From Octopus sinensis (lineage: Eukaryota): a DNA stretch of 64,000 nucleotides. This document shows, piece by piece, positions 24,751 to 38,749 of the stretch. The position numbers were made by a program, and so were the translations under genes. Each line of letters begins with the position of its first letter. Position 1 is the first letter of the stretch. The notes beneath the pieces are model-generated. The model was not told the DNA's origin. It did not search any database and saw nothing but the letters and a program-made list of their open reading frames with translations. Location: contig NC_042999.1 in the NCBI RefSeq assembly GCF_006345805.1, positions 43,214,001-43,278,000 of the forward strand. Reading direction: 5' to 3'.

Positions 24751-27700
24751 TGTGTATATATATATACATACAAAAATATACATATATAAGCATATATACA
24801 TATTTATAGATACAAATCCACACACACACACACATAAAATACAACTGACACCTGAAGTTCACATACAGTGAGGAAGCACAATGTAATCCAAGAGTCAAAA
24901 AAGAAAATGGTAGTTCCAAAGTTCAGACTGCATATTGACTTGCCTCTCGCCCTAGATCCATTTTTAAAAGAGTTATTTTATTTCAGATTGACGCGATACA
25001 TTAAATGAACTGTAACAGAATACAGCACAAGTAACAAATACATAAGACCACAACATGGAATGCAATAATATTATTACTGAAATATAATTGAAAAAGAAAA
25101 GACGAAAATCGAATAGGTGATCAGTTAAATAATTGTTTTATTTCAAAACAAAAGACCAAAGGGGGAAGTAACTCATACATGGCAATAGTATAAATTTAGA
25201 TTAATTTGGTAAGTGATATAATAAATGAAACATACTCTAAAAAATTTTTTTTAAAACTCAATGAATTGAAATTTGTCTAATGTTTGAGGGACAAAAAACA
25301 TAACCCTAGCAGATTATAGTGAAAGCACCATCCGTCCGTGGCCGTTTGCCAGCTCCGTCTGGCACCTGTGCGGGTGACACGTAAAAAGCACCCACTACAC
25401 TGACGGAGTGGTTGGCGTTAGGAAGGGCATCCAGCCGTAGAAACACTGCCAGATCAGACTGGGCCTGATGCAGCCTTCTGGCTTCACAGACCCCAGTTGA
25501 ACCTTCCAACCCATGCTAGCATGGAAAGCGGACGCTAAATGATGATGATGATGATGATGATCTTGGGGAAAAGGGAACTTAATTTCAAGGACACTCGATA
25601 TGAGTTGTTATATTAAGCTTCAAGTCAAGTGTCACTAGTCTGTAGAGAAGTGTCTGCAAACATCTTGAATACAGATTTTTTTACCACATTGATGTATTCA
25701 TCATAATCATCATTGTTTAACGGCTGCCTTCCATGCTGGAATGGGTCGGGCAGTTTCACAAGAGCTGGCCAAGCAGAAGACTGCACCATACTTCTGTGTT
25801 TTGGCATGGATTTTACGGCTGGATGGCCTTCCTAACACCAACCACCCTGCAGAGTGGGTTGAGTGCTTTTTATGTGGTATGAGCACAGTTGAAGACAGTT
25901 TTGGCATGTTTTTTTACAACTGGATGCCCTTTCCAATGCCGACCACTTTACAGTGTGGACTGGGTGGTTTTTTTAAGTAGCCCTAACACTGGCAGGGTCA
26001 CCAAGTAACTTTGCAAGACAAGGAATCTTTGTGAGGGAAGGGAGCATTGGAGGAGGCGATCTTGTGTCAGATGATGAAAGGCTAGAGTGTGATAGCGAGA
26101 CAGGAACAGATGGACTCTCCTGCCGTAATCAACAGATGAGAGTTCTGCAACTTCTTGCTGAACAACTTGTACAGGTGAGTTGTTGATAGAAATCAAATGT
26201 TTGTGTTGCACATCAGCTTGCTCCCACCATCAAATCAACATTGCCTGTACAAGTGCATGGTGTGTTACATGTCAGATTTTGAAGTGATCACAGAGCAACA
26301 TGAAATGAAGTGTTTTGCTCAAGAACACAATGTCTTACAATTTTGAGAGCAATAACTTAACTACTAAGGTATGTGCCTTCACCTTTACCAGATTAACCCA
26401 GATTAATCCAGCCACATCAGACCCAAATATTCTATGTGTTTCATGTTAAAACTAACCAGATCCAGCCTCTCATACCCACACTACAATGTCATTCTAGAAA
26501 TATACAAGCATACTGTTGAAATCTTGAAGCTAAAAGATAATGCATGGTCAATTCAAAGCAATGTGAATAGATAAGCACTTCATTTGATAAAGAAATCTGA
26601 ATGCTAAAGACTCAAGACACCACACACACACAGTTAACTACCTTCAATCATTAGACTGCAGCCATGCTAAGGTACCACGTTCATTGATTTCATCAATCAT
26701 ATTTGCTTTTGTATATATTCTTTTAAAATCTGGGACTTATTTTAACTGGTTGTGAGGTAAGAAGTTTGCTTTTCAACTTGTATGTTTCCAGGTTCAGTTG
26801 TAGTGCATGACATCTTGGGCAAGTGTCTCCTATTATTGCTTGACCAAAGCCTTGAGTGTATTTGGTAGACGGAAACTGAAAGAAACCTGTCATACATATG
26901 TGTGTATGTCACCACTGCTTGACACCAGTGTTGGTTAATTTATGTCCTCATAACACAATGGTTTGGGATATGAGACCAACAGGATAACTACCAAGCCTTA
27001 AAAAATAAGTACTGGGGTCATTCAATGAAAACCCTTCAAGGCAGTGCCTCAACATGGCTGCAGTTCAATTACTGAAACAAGATAGTAGATATATAGTGTG
27101 TGACACAAATTTAGAAACTTTGAGAGATAGGAAATAAATTATCTGAATGGTTGAACTTTAAGTACAGCCATAAATAATAGTAACTACTGGATGAAAAAAT
27201 CCTTTGGACGGTAAAAGCAATGGTTTCACTTTTAGCCACACATATGCACATATGGTGTGTTAACTTAGAAGCACTTCTGCATCTCTTTGATTAAAGAGGT
27301 AACTCATAAAAAATTTCAGGTAGTTCAATTGGTGGATCCAGCAGCATAAACAGAGTTAGCAAAACAGTTATTCACTAAAAATCTGTGTATGTATCAAAAG
27401 GCATAATTGATACATATGGTACTATGTAATATTCAGTAAACAAAAGCAAATCAATAAATGAAAGTATCCAGCGGTGGTGCCCCAGCATGGCCACGGCCTT
27501 CAAGCTAAAACATTTTTAAGGATTTATATCACAGTTAATGGACATTTTTCTTTTGTGTGTGTGGAGGCGCAATGGAAGCGGACTTGCAATTGTAGGATCC
27601 ACAATTTCGATTCCCATAATGGGCGTTGTGTGTGTTTGAGCGAAAAACACCTAAAAGCTCCACGAGGCTCTGGTAGGGTGTAGGGGTGATCCCTGCTGTA

Positions 27701-27850
27701 CTCTTTCACCACAACTTTCTCTCACTCTTTCTTCCGTTGACCTGCTCGCTTAGCCAGCGGAGTGGCATCATCGAAGGCTAAAACAATGCGAAGCGCATTG
27801 CGGCCAGCGATGTGTAGCAACCAACATTTGATAGCCTGGTCAGTCACGTG

Positions 27851-27892
<42 letters not shown>

Positions 27893-28143
27893 TATACTTT
27901 TATTAGTTTCAGTCATTTGACTGTGGCCATGATGAAGCACTGCCTTGAACGGTTTTAGTCGAACAAACCGACCCCAGGATTTATTTTTTAAGCCTAGTAC
28001 TTATTCTATCAGCCTCAACCTCCCCACCCTGACCAAACTGCTAAGTTACAGGAGCATAAACACACCAACACCAATTGTCAAGCAGTGATAGGGTAATAAA
28101 CACAGATGCAAAGACATGCGCGCACACACACACACACACACAC

Positions 28144-28178
<35 letters not shown>

Positions 28179-28179
<1 letters not shown>

Positions 28180-28752
28180 GCACGTGCCACATAAGAAAAC
28201 CATCCGAACGTGGCCGTAGCCAGTACCGAATCGACTGGCCTCCGTGCTGTGGGCACGTAACAAGCACCATCCGATCGTGGCCGTTTGCCAGCCTCATCTG
28301 GCACCTGTGTCGGTGGCACATAAAAACACCATCCGAGCGTGGCCGTCTGCCAGCCTCGTCTGGCACCTGTGTCGGTGGCACATAAAAACACCATCCGAGC
28401 GTGGCCGTCTGCCAGCCTCGTCTGGCACCTGTGTCGGTGGCACATAAAAACACCATCCGAGCGTGGCCGTCTGCCAGCCTCGTCTGGCACCTGTGTCGGT
28501 GGCACATAAAAAACACCATCCGAGCGTGGTCGTTTGCCAGCCTCGTCTGGCACCTGTGTCGGTGGCACATAAAATCACCCACTACACTCTCGGAGTGGTT
28601 GGCGTTAGGAAGGGCATCCAGCTGTAGAAACACTGCCAGATCTGACTGGACTGGTGCAGCTTTCGGGCTCCCCAGACCCCAGTTGAACCGTCCAACCCAT
28701 GCTAGCATGGAAAGCGGACGTTAAATGATGATGATGATGATGATGATGATGA
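28179..28752 (+). mobile_element. (GAT)n-tailed SINE body (family 4, GGTTGGCGTTAGGAAGGGCATCCAGCTG domain) with an expanded internal 62-bp repeat, inserted in the microsatellite of a minus-strand family 1 SINE
   Basis: The same body and GGACGTTAAACGATGATG tail occur at 2407-2660-, 7020-7170+, 11174-11338+, 13545-13740+, 14410-14560+, 16432-16770-, 25322-25561+, 25710-25990-, 31200-31350-, 38090-38360+ and 52100-52405+. Confidence 0.88.
28252..28563 (+). repeat. GC/CpG-rich 62-bp minisatellite, five full units (units 2-4 identical)
   Basis: Unit GGCACATAAAAACACCATCCGAGCGTGGCCGTCTGCCAGCCTCGTCTGGCACCTGTGTCGGT, starting at 28252, 28315, 28377, 28439 and 28501. Confidence 0.95.
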
Positions 28753-30007
28753 TATATGCACATGACAGGCTTCTTTCAGTTTCCATCTACCAAATCCACT
28801 CACCAGGTTTTGGTTAGCCCGAGGCTATAGTGGGCATCATTCACCCAAGGTGCCACACAGTGGAACTGAATCCAGAACCATGTGGTTGGGAAGAAAGCTT
28901 CTTACCACACAGCCTTCTTCACCACATAATTCCAGGTTCAATCCCACCATGTGGTACCTTGAGTGTCTTCTATAGCTTTGTGATGATCCAAAATTCCTGA
29001 GTAGAAGTGGTCAGTGGAAACTGAAAGCAGTACATTGTGTTTGTTTGTGTGTGGGTGTGTGTGAATGCCACCCTCTCACTGCTTGGCAACCAAGTGTTGC
29101 CCCCCCACCCGGACAATTTAGCAGGTTGCCAAAAATCAACTGATATAATACCAGGCTTAGAATACTGGGGTCAATTTGTTCCACTAAACCCTTCAAGTTA
29201 GTGCTCCAGCATGGCTACAATCCAGGCACTAATATGTGTGTGTGTGTGTGTGTGTATTTATATTGTGCCCTATCCATTCGGCAATTAGATTTGTACCTAA
29301 TTACACTATTCACTGCTTCTTTAAACACATTTGAGGAAGCTTTTTATTATATAATCTTATTTTATTCTTGAAACAGCATATCAACAGAAGAAAAAAAGGT
29401 ATTTGTTCTATCAGTGTTATAGAATACACAAACACAAGTGTGTGTGTGTGTGTGTGTGGTGTGTGTGTGTGAGAAAGAGAGAGAGATGAATGGAACTCCC
29501 TGATGGAGAAATAAAAATATTTAATGCTAAGAAAATGAAATTGTGCGTTAGAGATAAAAAAAAAAAAAACTAAATTTATTTTGGTTTATTTATATTGAAA
29601 TATGTATTTTTAGAGGTGGGGGAAGGGGACTTTTCTTCAGTGTAAGAGTTTATGAGTGAGGGAGAGAAGGGAAAGTGCGAATGAGTGAGTGAGCAAAAAG
29701 GAGGAGTAAAAATGAACAAAACAAAAAGAAAGAAATCAGGAAAAAAAAAAGAAAAGGGGAAAAGAAAATAAGAATTCAGAAAAAAAATAAAATGATTGCC
29801 AGAGAGAAAAAGATAGAGAAAATGAAAGAAAAAACACACAGTGATAGAAAGAAAGAAAGAAAAATGTCAGGAAGCAAGCAAGAAAGAAAAGATGAATAAA
29901 AAAAAAGGTAAGAAAGAGGAAATAAGGTGAATATAAAAAAAAAAACGAAAGTAAAAAATAAAACAAAATAATGAAAGCAGCATTCAAAGTTGGACAATAT
30001 TTCTTCC

Positions 30008-30138
30008 ATGACGTCATAATATATTTAGACTGGTGTTGTCTGAAAGAGGGGAAAATATTTGGCCCTTGGACACAAGTATCAAAAAAAAAAAAAAAAAAAA
30101 ATGACAAACACCATGGCAACTACCATTTTTCTGACTCA
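30008..30138. promoter_or_regulatory. Motif cluster: CRE palindrome, X-box half site, AP-1
   Basis: ATGACGTCAT (30008-17), CCATGGCAAC (30111-20), TGACTCA (30132-38). Confidence 0.3.
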
Positions 30139-30500
30139 CAGAGGAATTACTACCAAAGACACATTGTCAGGAAGCTGCTATATACAGGCACATCAATTCA
30201 ACCAAAAGTAGCATTGGCAACGACAACGACGATGATGGTGTTGTTGTTATTGTTGTTAGTAACAGTGATGATAATATATAGCTGAAATCACTCATAATTA
30301 TGAATAATGTTATCAAACTTAATGAGTCCCAAATTATTCCAGATGAATTATCAGCCAATTTATTGTTATCACACGAAAAAAAAGACTTCATCCCAAAGCA
30401 ATTCACAGTAAGTGAACCCACTGTATTTATGAAATATACCTTTGGGCTGAACAAAGCTTTGTGAGTGAATATGGGAGATGGAAACTGAAAGAAGCCCGTC

Positions 30501-30568
<68 letters not shown>

Positions 30569-30720
30569 ATGTGTGTGTGTGTGGTGTGTGTGTATATGTT
30601 TGTGTATCTGTGTTTGTCCCTCCAACATCGCTTGCAAAACCATTGCTGGGGTGTTTGCATCCCCGTAACTTGGCAGTGCTCCAGCATGGCCATAGTGAAA
30701 TGACTGAAACAAGTGAAAGA

Positions 30721-30751
<31 letters not shown>

Positions 30752-33206
30752 TGTGTATATGCATATATATATATATATATATCAATCATTGACAAAATTA
30801 GAGATAGATATGCCAATGACTTTCCTTCCCCCTCCTTTTACAACTGACCAGCCATACATACAAGAATTGCAGTGTTAAGATGCTTGTTTCCCAACCGTGT
30901 GGACTTGGGTTCACTTACAATGCCCGGCACCTCAAGCAAATGACTTCTAATATGGCTTTGGGCTACCAAAGCCATGAGTAGATTTGGCAGATGGAGCTGA
31001 AAAGAAGCCCATTTTTGTGTGAGTACACACATGCACATGTATGCCCATGACCCAAGTGGGCACAAGAAAGAGTGTGTGAGAGATAGGCAGACTGACAGAG
31101 CATATGTGAGTGTGTGTGTGTGTAGAGAGAGAGAGAGATTTGAACTAAAGTTCATATGAAACTTGGAGGTCCATATAAGATTTTGTTAAAAATTTCATCA
31201 TCATTAACAGCATTATTTAATATTCATCTTCCATGCTGGCATTGACTGGATAGTTTCACAGGAGCCAGCAAGCCCTAGGACTGCACCAAGCTCTACTATC
31301 TGCTTTGGCATAGATTTTACTGCTGGATGCCCTTCCTAACACCAACTACTTTGCTAAAATTCATATGGAATAAATTATTTATACTGCTACAGTACACAAA
31401 ACATGCAAATTTTTTTATATAATTCCAAATAATATTTAAATATTTTTTAACCCTTTAGCACATAAATTTGCCATTTCAATCCAAAATATTCTACTGGTTT
31501 TATCATTGAACCAGCCAGATCTGGCCTGTCATATCTACCCAACAATGCCATTCTGAAATTTAAGAGCTACATCATCACAATCTCAAAGCTGCAAAATAAT
31601 GCACGGTGGCTAATTCAAAGCATCATGAATATATACACATCACATCTGGCAGAGTAATCTGAATGTTAAGAGGTTAAACAATGAATGACTATGAAGGTTC
31701 ACCCAAGTATGACAGGAATCAGAAAGAAACCATAAGTAAAAAATGGTTAAGAAGCACTGATACAGAGGAATAAAGTTTATTTGTGACCACAAGGACCTTC
31801 TGGGATTTATCTCACCGCGTGGCATCGTTGGCAAGCATTCTCTACCATAGCCTCAGATCAACCGAAGTGTTGTCAGTGAAACTGGATGGACGGAAATTGT
31901 GTGGAAACTTCTTAGATGGACTGTAGCGGTAATCAAATGAGCTAGCCTGGTGAAGGCCTGTAGCTTAGTGAGTAGGGTGTTGAACTCATGATCGTTAGGT
32001 TGTGGTTTCGATTCCTGGACCGGGAGATGCGTTGTGTTCTTGAGCAAAACATTTCATTTTCATGTTGCTCCAGTCCACTCAGCTGGCAAAAATGAGTAAT
32101 TCTGTGATGGACCGGCGTCCCATCCAAGTGGGGAATTTCTATGCCACTGAAACCGGGAAACCAGCCCTTATGAGCCTGGTATGGCTCGAGAAGGAACAGC
32201 TAGCCTTGTCACACAATGGCGACAAACAATTCTGTTTGAGAACAACATTAAGTGTACACATAAGTCTGTGGAATACTCTGTCGTTTACATGCAAACTTAA
32301 CGAGCAGGTAGTTCAGTTGATCAAACAAATGAATGCACAGTGTTGAAACATATACCCCACACACACGTGCATGCATGCACACATATATATATACAAAAGT
32401 GTTGTAGAAAAGTTTAATACAGAGAATGAAGTAGCATTCATTATTTACTCCCTGCAGAAACACACAGACACACACACACACACACACTCCACTTTCAACA
32501 CTTAAGCTACATTATATAGATGACAAGTGATGTCATCACCTTCAGTCCTAGTCAGTAATCCTTCTCTCTCTCTCTTTCCAAATACAATGCAAAGTACCAC
32601 TTATGACCATTAATCTTCAAGCAAAAAAGAAATATGGATAAGAATATCTATTCAGTCGTGGGATCTTTCCAGTCAAAGGTCACAAAAAAAAAATTATAAT
32701 AAACAATTTATTGTTCTGAAAAACAAAGATTTATAAAGTTAAAAAAAAAAAAATTGCTGTATGGTTAGAAAAATTGTTGAAGTATGTAAGGTTAAGCTTA
32801 AATATAGGCCATTCATCCTGTCTGGCTGTGTAAGTAAGAAGCTTACTTTTTAATCACATCGACCTGAGTTCAGTTCTACTGCGCTTTACCTTGAGCAAAC
32901 CACTATGTTACAGGGACATAATAAGCCAACAATGGTAGTCAAGAAATGGGGTGTGAGAAGAGACACCAAGACACATGCACGCAAATACATTATTTATATA
33001 CACACACAAAGGGCTTCCACACAGTTTCTGTTTACTGCATTCACTCACAAGGCATTGGTTAGTCTGGGGCTATAGAAGAAGAATGACACTTGCTCAAGGT
33101 ATCATATAGTGGGACTGGAAACTAAAATCATATGATTGCAAAGTAAGCTGCTTAACCACACAGCCATGGTGCAAGGAGAGAAAGTGACTAATACTAAATG
33201 TGTTTA

Positions 33207-33239
<33 letters not shown>

Positions 33240-33671
33240 CATGCCTAGGTCTGTGTTGTGTCTGTTTACATATGTGCTTCTTTGTAAGCACATATGTAAA
33301 CATATGCTGAGCGACAAGTGTTGGTGATGTTGTCATTTCCCCCCTCAATAAATCATTCATTAACCTTGCACCTTCAAAGATATAGAAAGAAGAGAGATCC
33401 ATTGTTGATAAAACAATGGGCATGTGGCTGTAAAACAATGCCTCAGCAATATATTCACCAGACCCATGCTAGCATAGAAAAGCAGACAAAGACAAACAAA
33501 ATGAACTAAGAATAATTCTTTTTTTTTTTTTTTTTTTTGGAGTTGATTCTCAAAGTACATAAAAAGCTACAAGTAATTTATTATTAACAATTCATTATCT
33601 ATAGCTTCATATGTACTTCGAAAATCGATACTTAAAAAGAATTATAAATTCTTATGCCATCAACAAAGGAA

Positions 33672-33714
<43 letters not shown>

Positions 33715-33881
33715 TGTGTGTGTGTGTGTATGAGTGGATGTGTAGCAAGTAGCTTGCTTACCGACCACATGGCTCCAGGTTCAGTTCCACAGTGTGGCAC
33801 TTTTGGCAAGTGTCTTCTACTATAGCCTCAGGCCAACCAAAGCCTTATGCGTGGATTTGGTAGATGGAAACTGAAAGAAGC

Positions 33882-33938
<57 letters not shown>

Positions 33939-34147
33939 TTGTGTGTGTGTCTGTCTGTCTGTGCTTGTCCCCCTACCATCGCCTGACAACCAATGGTGGT
34001 GTGTTTACATCCCCATAACTTAGCGGTTCAGCAAAAGGGACCGATAGAATAAGTAGTATGCTTACAAAGAATAAGTCCTAACATCGATTTGTTCGACTAA
34101 AGGCAGTGCTCCAGCATGACCACAATCAAAAGACTGAAACAAATAAA

Positions 34148-34204
<57 letters not shown>

Positions 34205-34259
34205 AATTTTATTTGTTTCAGTCTTATATATATATATATATATATATACTTATCCCATA

Positions 34260-34377
34260 ATTGTCGATCAAGACAAGAAACGATTGTAGTGGCGGTTTTT
34301 TTGACTATTTATTAAATTTTATGTATTGATTAAGTCTTTCCTTGTTTGTTTTGCAAAATAGTGGTTTTGTCTCAATA

Positions 34378-34384
<7 letters not shown>
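34260..34384 (+). mobile_element. 5'-truncated copy of the 63.3-kb hammerhead-bearing element
   Basis: Matches 63271-63397 except for two single-base indels. It starts at stem II and lacks CUGAAG; (TA)n flanks it. Confidence 0.85.
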
Positions 34385-34409
<25 letters not shown>

Positions 34410-34431
34410 AATTTTATTTGTTTCAGTCTTA

Positions 34432-34472
<41 letters not shown>

Positions 34473-35057
34473 TCGTGCATGTGTTAGTTCATGATAGCAT
34501 TAGTTAGAACCAGGAGAACTGTGACTACACAGAGTAGAAGAGACTAAACTAGAAAGCAAACAAACATCAAGTAAACATACAGAAAATAAAATGAATTGCT
34601 TTGAAAAAAATTAATTACTGCATCCAAAAGTACATCTTAATTGCGACAGTAAATTACCTGAAAGGGGGGAGGGGAAAAGATGAAGTGATGGAGATATGTG
34701 CATGTATGAACACATGCACACATTTTCTTGTTATTTAGCCCGAGGTAATACCTGACTGAGCAGACTTAGGATCAAAGAGATTCCACCTTGATTCTCCTAA
34801 TTATTTCTTAGCATTGTGTTTCTCGGATTACATTATCCAATGTGTCTCTTACACCTCCTTTGTAAAGATGGATACATGGTTAAGAATTTCACTTTGCAAC
34901 CATGTAGTTTTAGGTTCAGTCCCTATGTGCAGAACTTTGGGCAAGTGCCTTCTACTGCAGACCTGGGCCAACCGATGCCTTCTGAGTGGATTTGGTAAAT
35001 GGAAAACTGTATAAAAAGCCCATCATGTGTATATATGTGTGCCTTTGTATTCACCCT

Positions 35058-35426
35058 CATCATCATCATCGTTGTTCGACCGTGGTCAGACAATGGAATT
35101 TACCATGCTACGCCAGACTTCACGGTCCATCATGGCATTACGGAGGTCCTGTTGCTGGATGCCTGTATCCCTGGATATTACATCAGGGTAGGAGAGTGTG
35201 CGCCCTCTGGTATTGCGAGTAGATGGCTTCCAGAGGAGAAGAGTAGAAATTACCTCTTTTTCAGCTCTACAACAATGTCCAGCAAACTGGACTCTCCTAC
35301 CTTTCACAAGAGATGACACAGGTGGTAGTTTCCCATATATTTGCATTTTGGTTGGATGGCACCTCCACAAGAGATTTTGAGCTCTCATAAGGAGGCGAGT
35401 GTAAGTTCCATCCAACCGCCTCTCAA
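35058..35426 (-). mobile_element. RTE-clade LINE 3' fragment, nested in a SINE (~34860-35620)
   Basis: RLDGTYTRLL..W..HPT..QIYGKLPPVS..RRVQFAGHC.R...LLLWKP..MMDREVWRSMV is a typical RTE post-RT C-terminus. It is followed by a 3' hairpin-like tcgaccgtggtc and a (GAT)n tail. Confidence 0.88.
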
Positions 35427-35684
35427 ACCACTCATACCACTGCTCGACATCCAATGCTGGTTTGCTTACATCCCCATAACTTAGCATTTTGGCCAAAGAG
35501 ATTAACAGAATAGGAACCAAACTTTAAAAATAAGTCCTGAGATCGATTCGTGTCACTAAAACCCTTCAAAGCAGTGTCCTAGTGTGGCCGCAGTCCAATG
35601 ATTGAAACAAGTAAAAGCTACAAGATACATATTCACATATATTACATACACACTCACACATATATATTACATGCATATATCAAA

Positions 35685-35961
35685 ATAAATGTTCAGATTA
35701 GACGAAGGAAATGGAGAGGGATCGGGGACACACTGCAGAAAGAACCCTCAAATGTGACACGACAAGCACTTGACTGGAACCCGCAGGGGTAAAAGGAAGT
35801 GAGGACGTCCGAAGCAGACATGGAAGCAGAGCATTTTGGATGAGCTCAGGACCACCGGCCTAACATGGGAAGCAGCCAAGAAACATGCCAATGACCGCAA
35901 AAAGTGGAAAACAACGGCTGAGGCCCTATGCTCCACAAGGGGCAAAAAGAATTAAAAGAAT
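35685..35961 (+). mobile_element. Second RTE-clade LINE 3' fragment
   Basis: QIRRRKWRGIG.TL.K..SNVTRQALDWNPQG / frameshift / KRK*GRPKQTWK..ILDEL...GLTWE.AKKHANDRKKWK...EALCSTRG. Confidence 0.88.
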
Positions 35962-38749
35962 ATCAAAATGAGCAAACTGGTACATGACCTGCAAGAAATG
36001 ACAGTCATACCTTCCTCAAATCACACTTGCATTTTAAAAGTGAAAGGGCCCATTAGATAAAGTAATCCAAGATACATAATGCCTGGAAAAATAAACTAAT
36101 ATGTTCACCTGGGGCTAAAACAAAAACAACAACAACATATGGAAGATAGACAATCAAGCATCAAGAGACATCTTGATAACAAGCTGACAATGTGTACTTA
36201 ACAACCACAATGGTTTCTGAACACACACGAACACAGTTATTAAATTACTCATAGCAACTTCCATAATTATCAAAAACCACGACCAACCCATACCGATGTT
36301 TCAATGCTGTTACCACCACCAAAACCATCACCACTACTACATCTTTACAATTTGTCGCCAAAATTATTACCACCACCACCACCACCATTACTACAGCTAT
36401 AATTACCATAAACCCCTACCACACTATCACCCTCCCTCCCCCACTTTCTACAATAGCACCAACATAACAATAGATACCATCACCACTGCAACAACCAATC
36501 AACAAACCGGCACACGGCCACAACAATAACCACCTCAAACCTAAGACAATGATAAACACATCATCATCATCATCACCATCAACATCACCATAATGATATA
36601 TACCATTCTCCTTGCACACCAGCAGCGCATCATGCCAGAGGCATCAAAATATTCCCATCACCCCCGCTCCATCACCACCACATCATTTCATCTACCATTA
36701 AACTACTCTTTGTCCAACAATTCCAAGCACCAGAATCATAAACGGCAATCGCATATAGAATCAAATAAATCTAGGCACAGACCATCATGACTACCACCAC
36801 CACCACCATCATCATCTTTCCCACGATAGTTAATCACAAATATCGTAACTCTTTAAGAATAATCTCATCTGCAATACCGACAACACCTCCAAACTAAGAA
36901 GACAGCTAGGGAAGAAAATGTCAGCCGGTGACCCCCCATCCACCCCCTCCTCCCTCCTACAAGTCAAAACAAAGATCACAATTCAGAAATTGGTCTATTT
37001 CTTAATTAGTTCATTATTAGAAATTTTCAGTAAACCATGCACAGTCACTCGATGTTAATTAGTAATCATCTATCTGCAGCAGATTTAGTTCATATAACGG
37101 TAAATGCTAATAATATAATTAACCAATGGTAACTAACTAACTACAATTAATAACTTATTTGTGACAACCATTCAGAATAGCAACTATAGTACATAGGCAG
37201 TATTATTAACAATCTATAATGCCCCCCCACACACACACACACATGCAGAGGTAATTGTATTTATTAATACATTCTTTAATTTGTTTCAGTCATTAGACAG
37301 CAGCCATGCTGAGGACATCGCTGCAAATAAATAACACTAATCACGTGACCAACCAGGATATCAGATGTTACACATTGCTGCTCACAATGCGCTTTTGCGT
37401 TGTTGTTTTAACATTCAAATGACGCCACCCCACTGGCTAGGCGAGCAGGCCAACAATCCCCACAGATCAAAGGAGGACTGGAGCAATGTGAAATGGATCT
37501 GCTAATCATGAGTGCCATAGCCTAACCACTAGGCCAGACACCTTCACAAATAACTAATATTACTCTTTTACTTGTTTCAGTCATTTGACTGCAGCCATGC
37601 TGGAGCACCCCCTTTAGTCGAGCAAATCGATCCCGGGACTTATTCTTTGTAAGCCCAGTACTTATTTTATCGGTCTCTTTTTGCCGAACCGCTAAGTGAC
37701 AGGGACGTAAACACACCTGCATCAGTTGTCAAGCAATGCTAGGGAGGCAAACACAAACACAGACACATGCATATACATATACACATATACGACAGGCTTC
37801 TTTCAGTTTCCGTCTACCAAATCCACTCACAAGGCATTGGTCGGCCCGGGGCTATAGCAGAAGACACTTGCCCAAGATGCCACGCAGTGGGACTGAACCC
37901 AGAACCATGTGGTTGGTTAGCAAGCTACTTATTATTATTATCATTATTATTATTTAGTAGTCTTACTTTTATAACACGCTTTCACTGTCCTACCAAGTGC
38001 AGCACTGTATACCTTGGGGACATGCTGTGGTTTGTTGTGATGCTCTTACTTTCATTCGAATGTGGCCAATACCTGTACCCCCTGCTTGGTTCCCGTGCCG
38101 GTGGCATATAAAAAGCATTATCCAAACGTGAACGATGCTAGGCCTGCCTGACTGACTGGCTCCTGTGCCAGTGGCACATAAAAAGCACCCACTACACTCT
38201 TGGAATGGTTGGAGTTAGGAAGAGCACCCAGCTGAAGAAACATTGTCAGATCAGATTGGATCCTGGTGCAGCCACTGCCTCTCCAGATCTCAGTCAAACT
38301 CATCCAACACATGCCAGCATGGAAAACAGACATTAAACGATGCTGATGATGATGATGTGTGTGTGTTGCTTAGTAGTGCTTAGTAGAGCTGTTTTCTGTA
38401 GGTTATATACTCGTGTTAGTCCTGATGTTTCAGTTATGTATTTGAATATTTTTTTTATCATATCTCATGTACCTACTATGATAAGAATTATTTTTAGGCT
38501 CCACATTCGAGTTACCTCTATTTCCACGTCTGTATTTTGGTAAGTTTTTCCACTTCTTTCAGAGAAACATTGTCATCTGTTGCTATTGATACGATTAGAT
38601 AGTTTTTTTTTCTTTCTTGATGATCTCTGACAACTATATCTGGCCTGTTGTCCTTAATTTCTCTGTGTGTATTGGCATATCCCATAGTATGGTTGCTTTC
38701 TCATTTTCTGTGACCTTTCCTGACATGTACCTATATACCATCATTCTTT

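Noticed and set aside
24985-25000. GACGC forkhead-like motif as a FoxN autoregulatory site
   Set aside because: A single 5-mer is expected by chance in 64 kb.
28041-28724. 175-220 aa repetitive ORFs and a CRISPR-like appearance
   Set aside because: Head-to-tail minisatellite with no unique spacers, inside a SINE in a eukaryotic genome; no cas genes.
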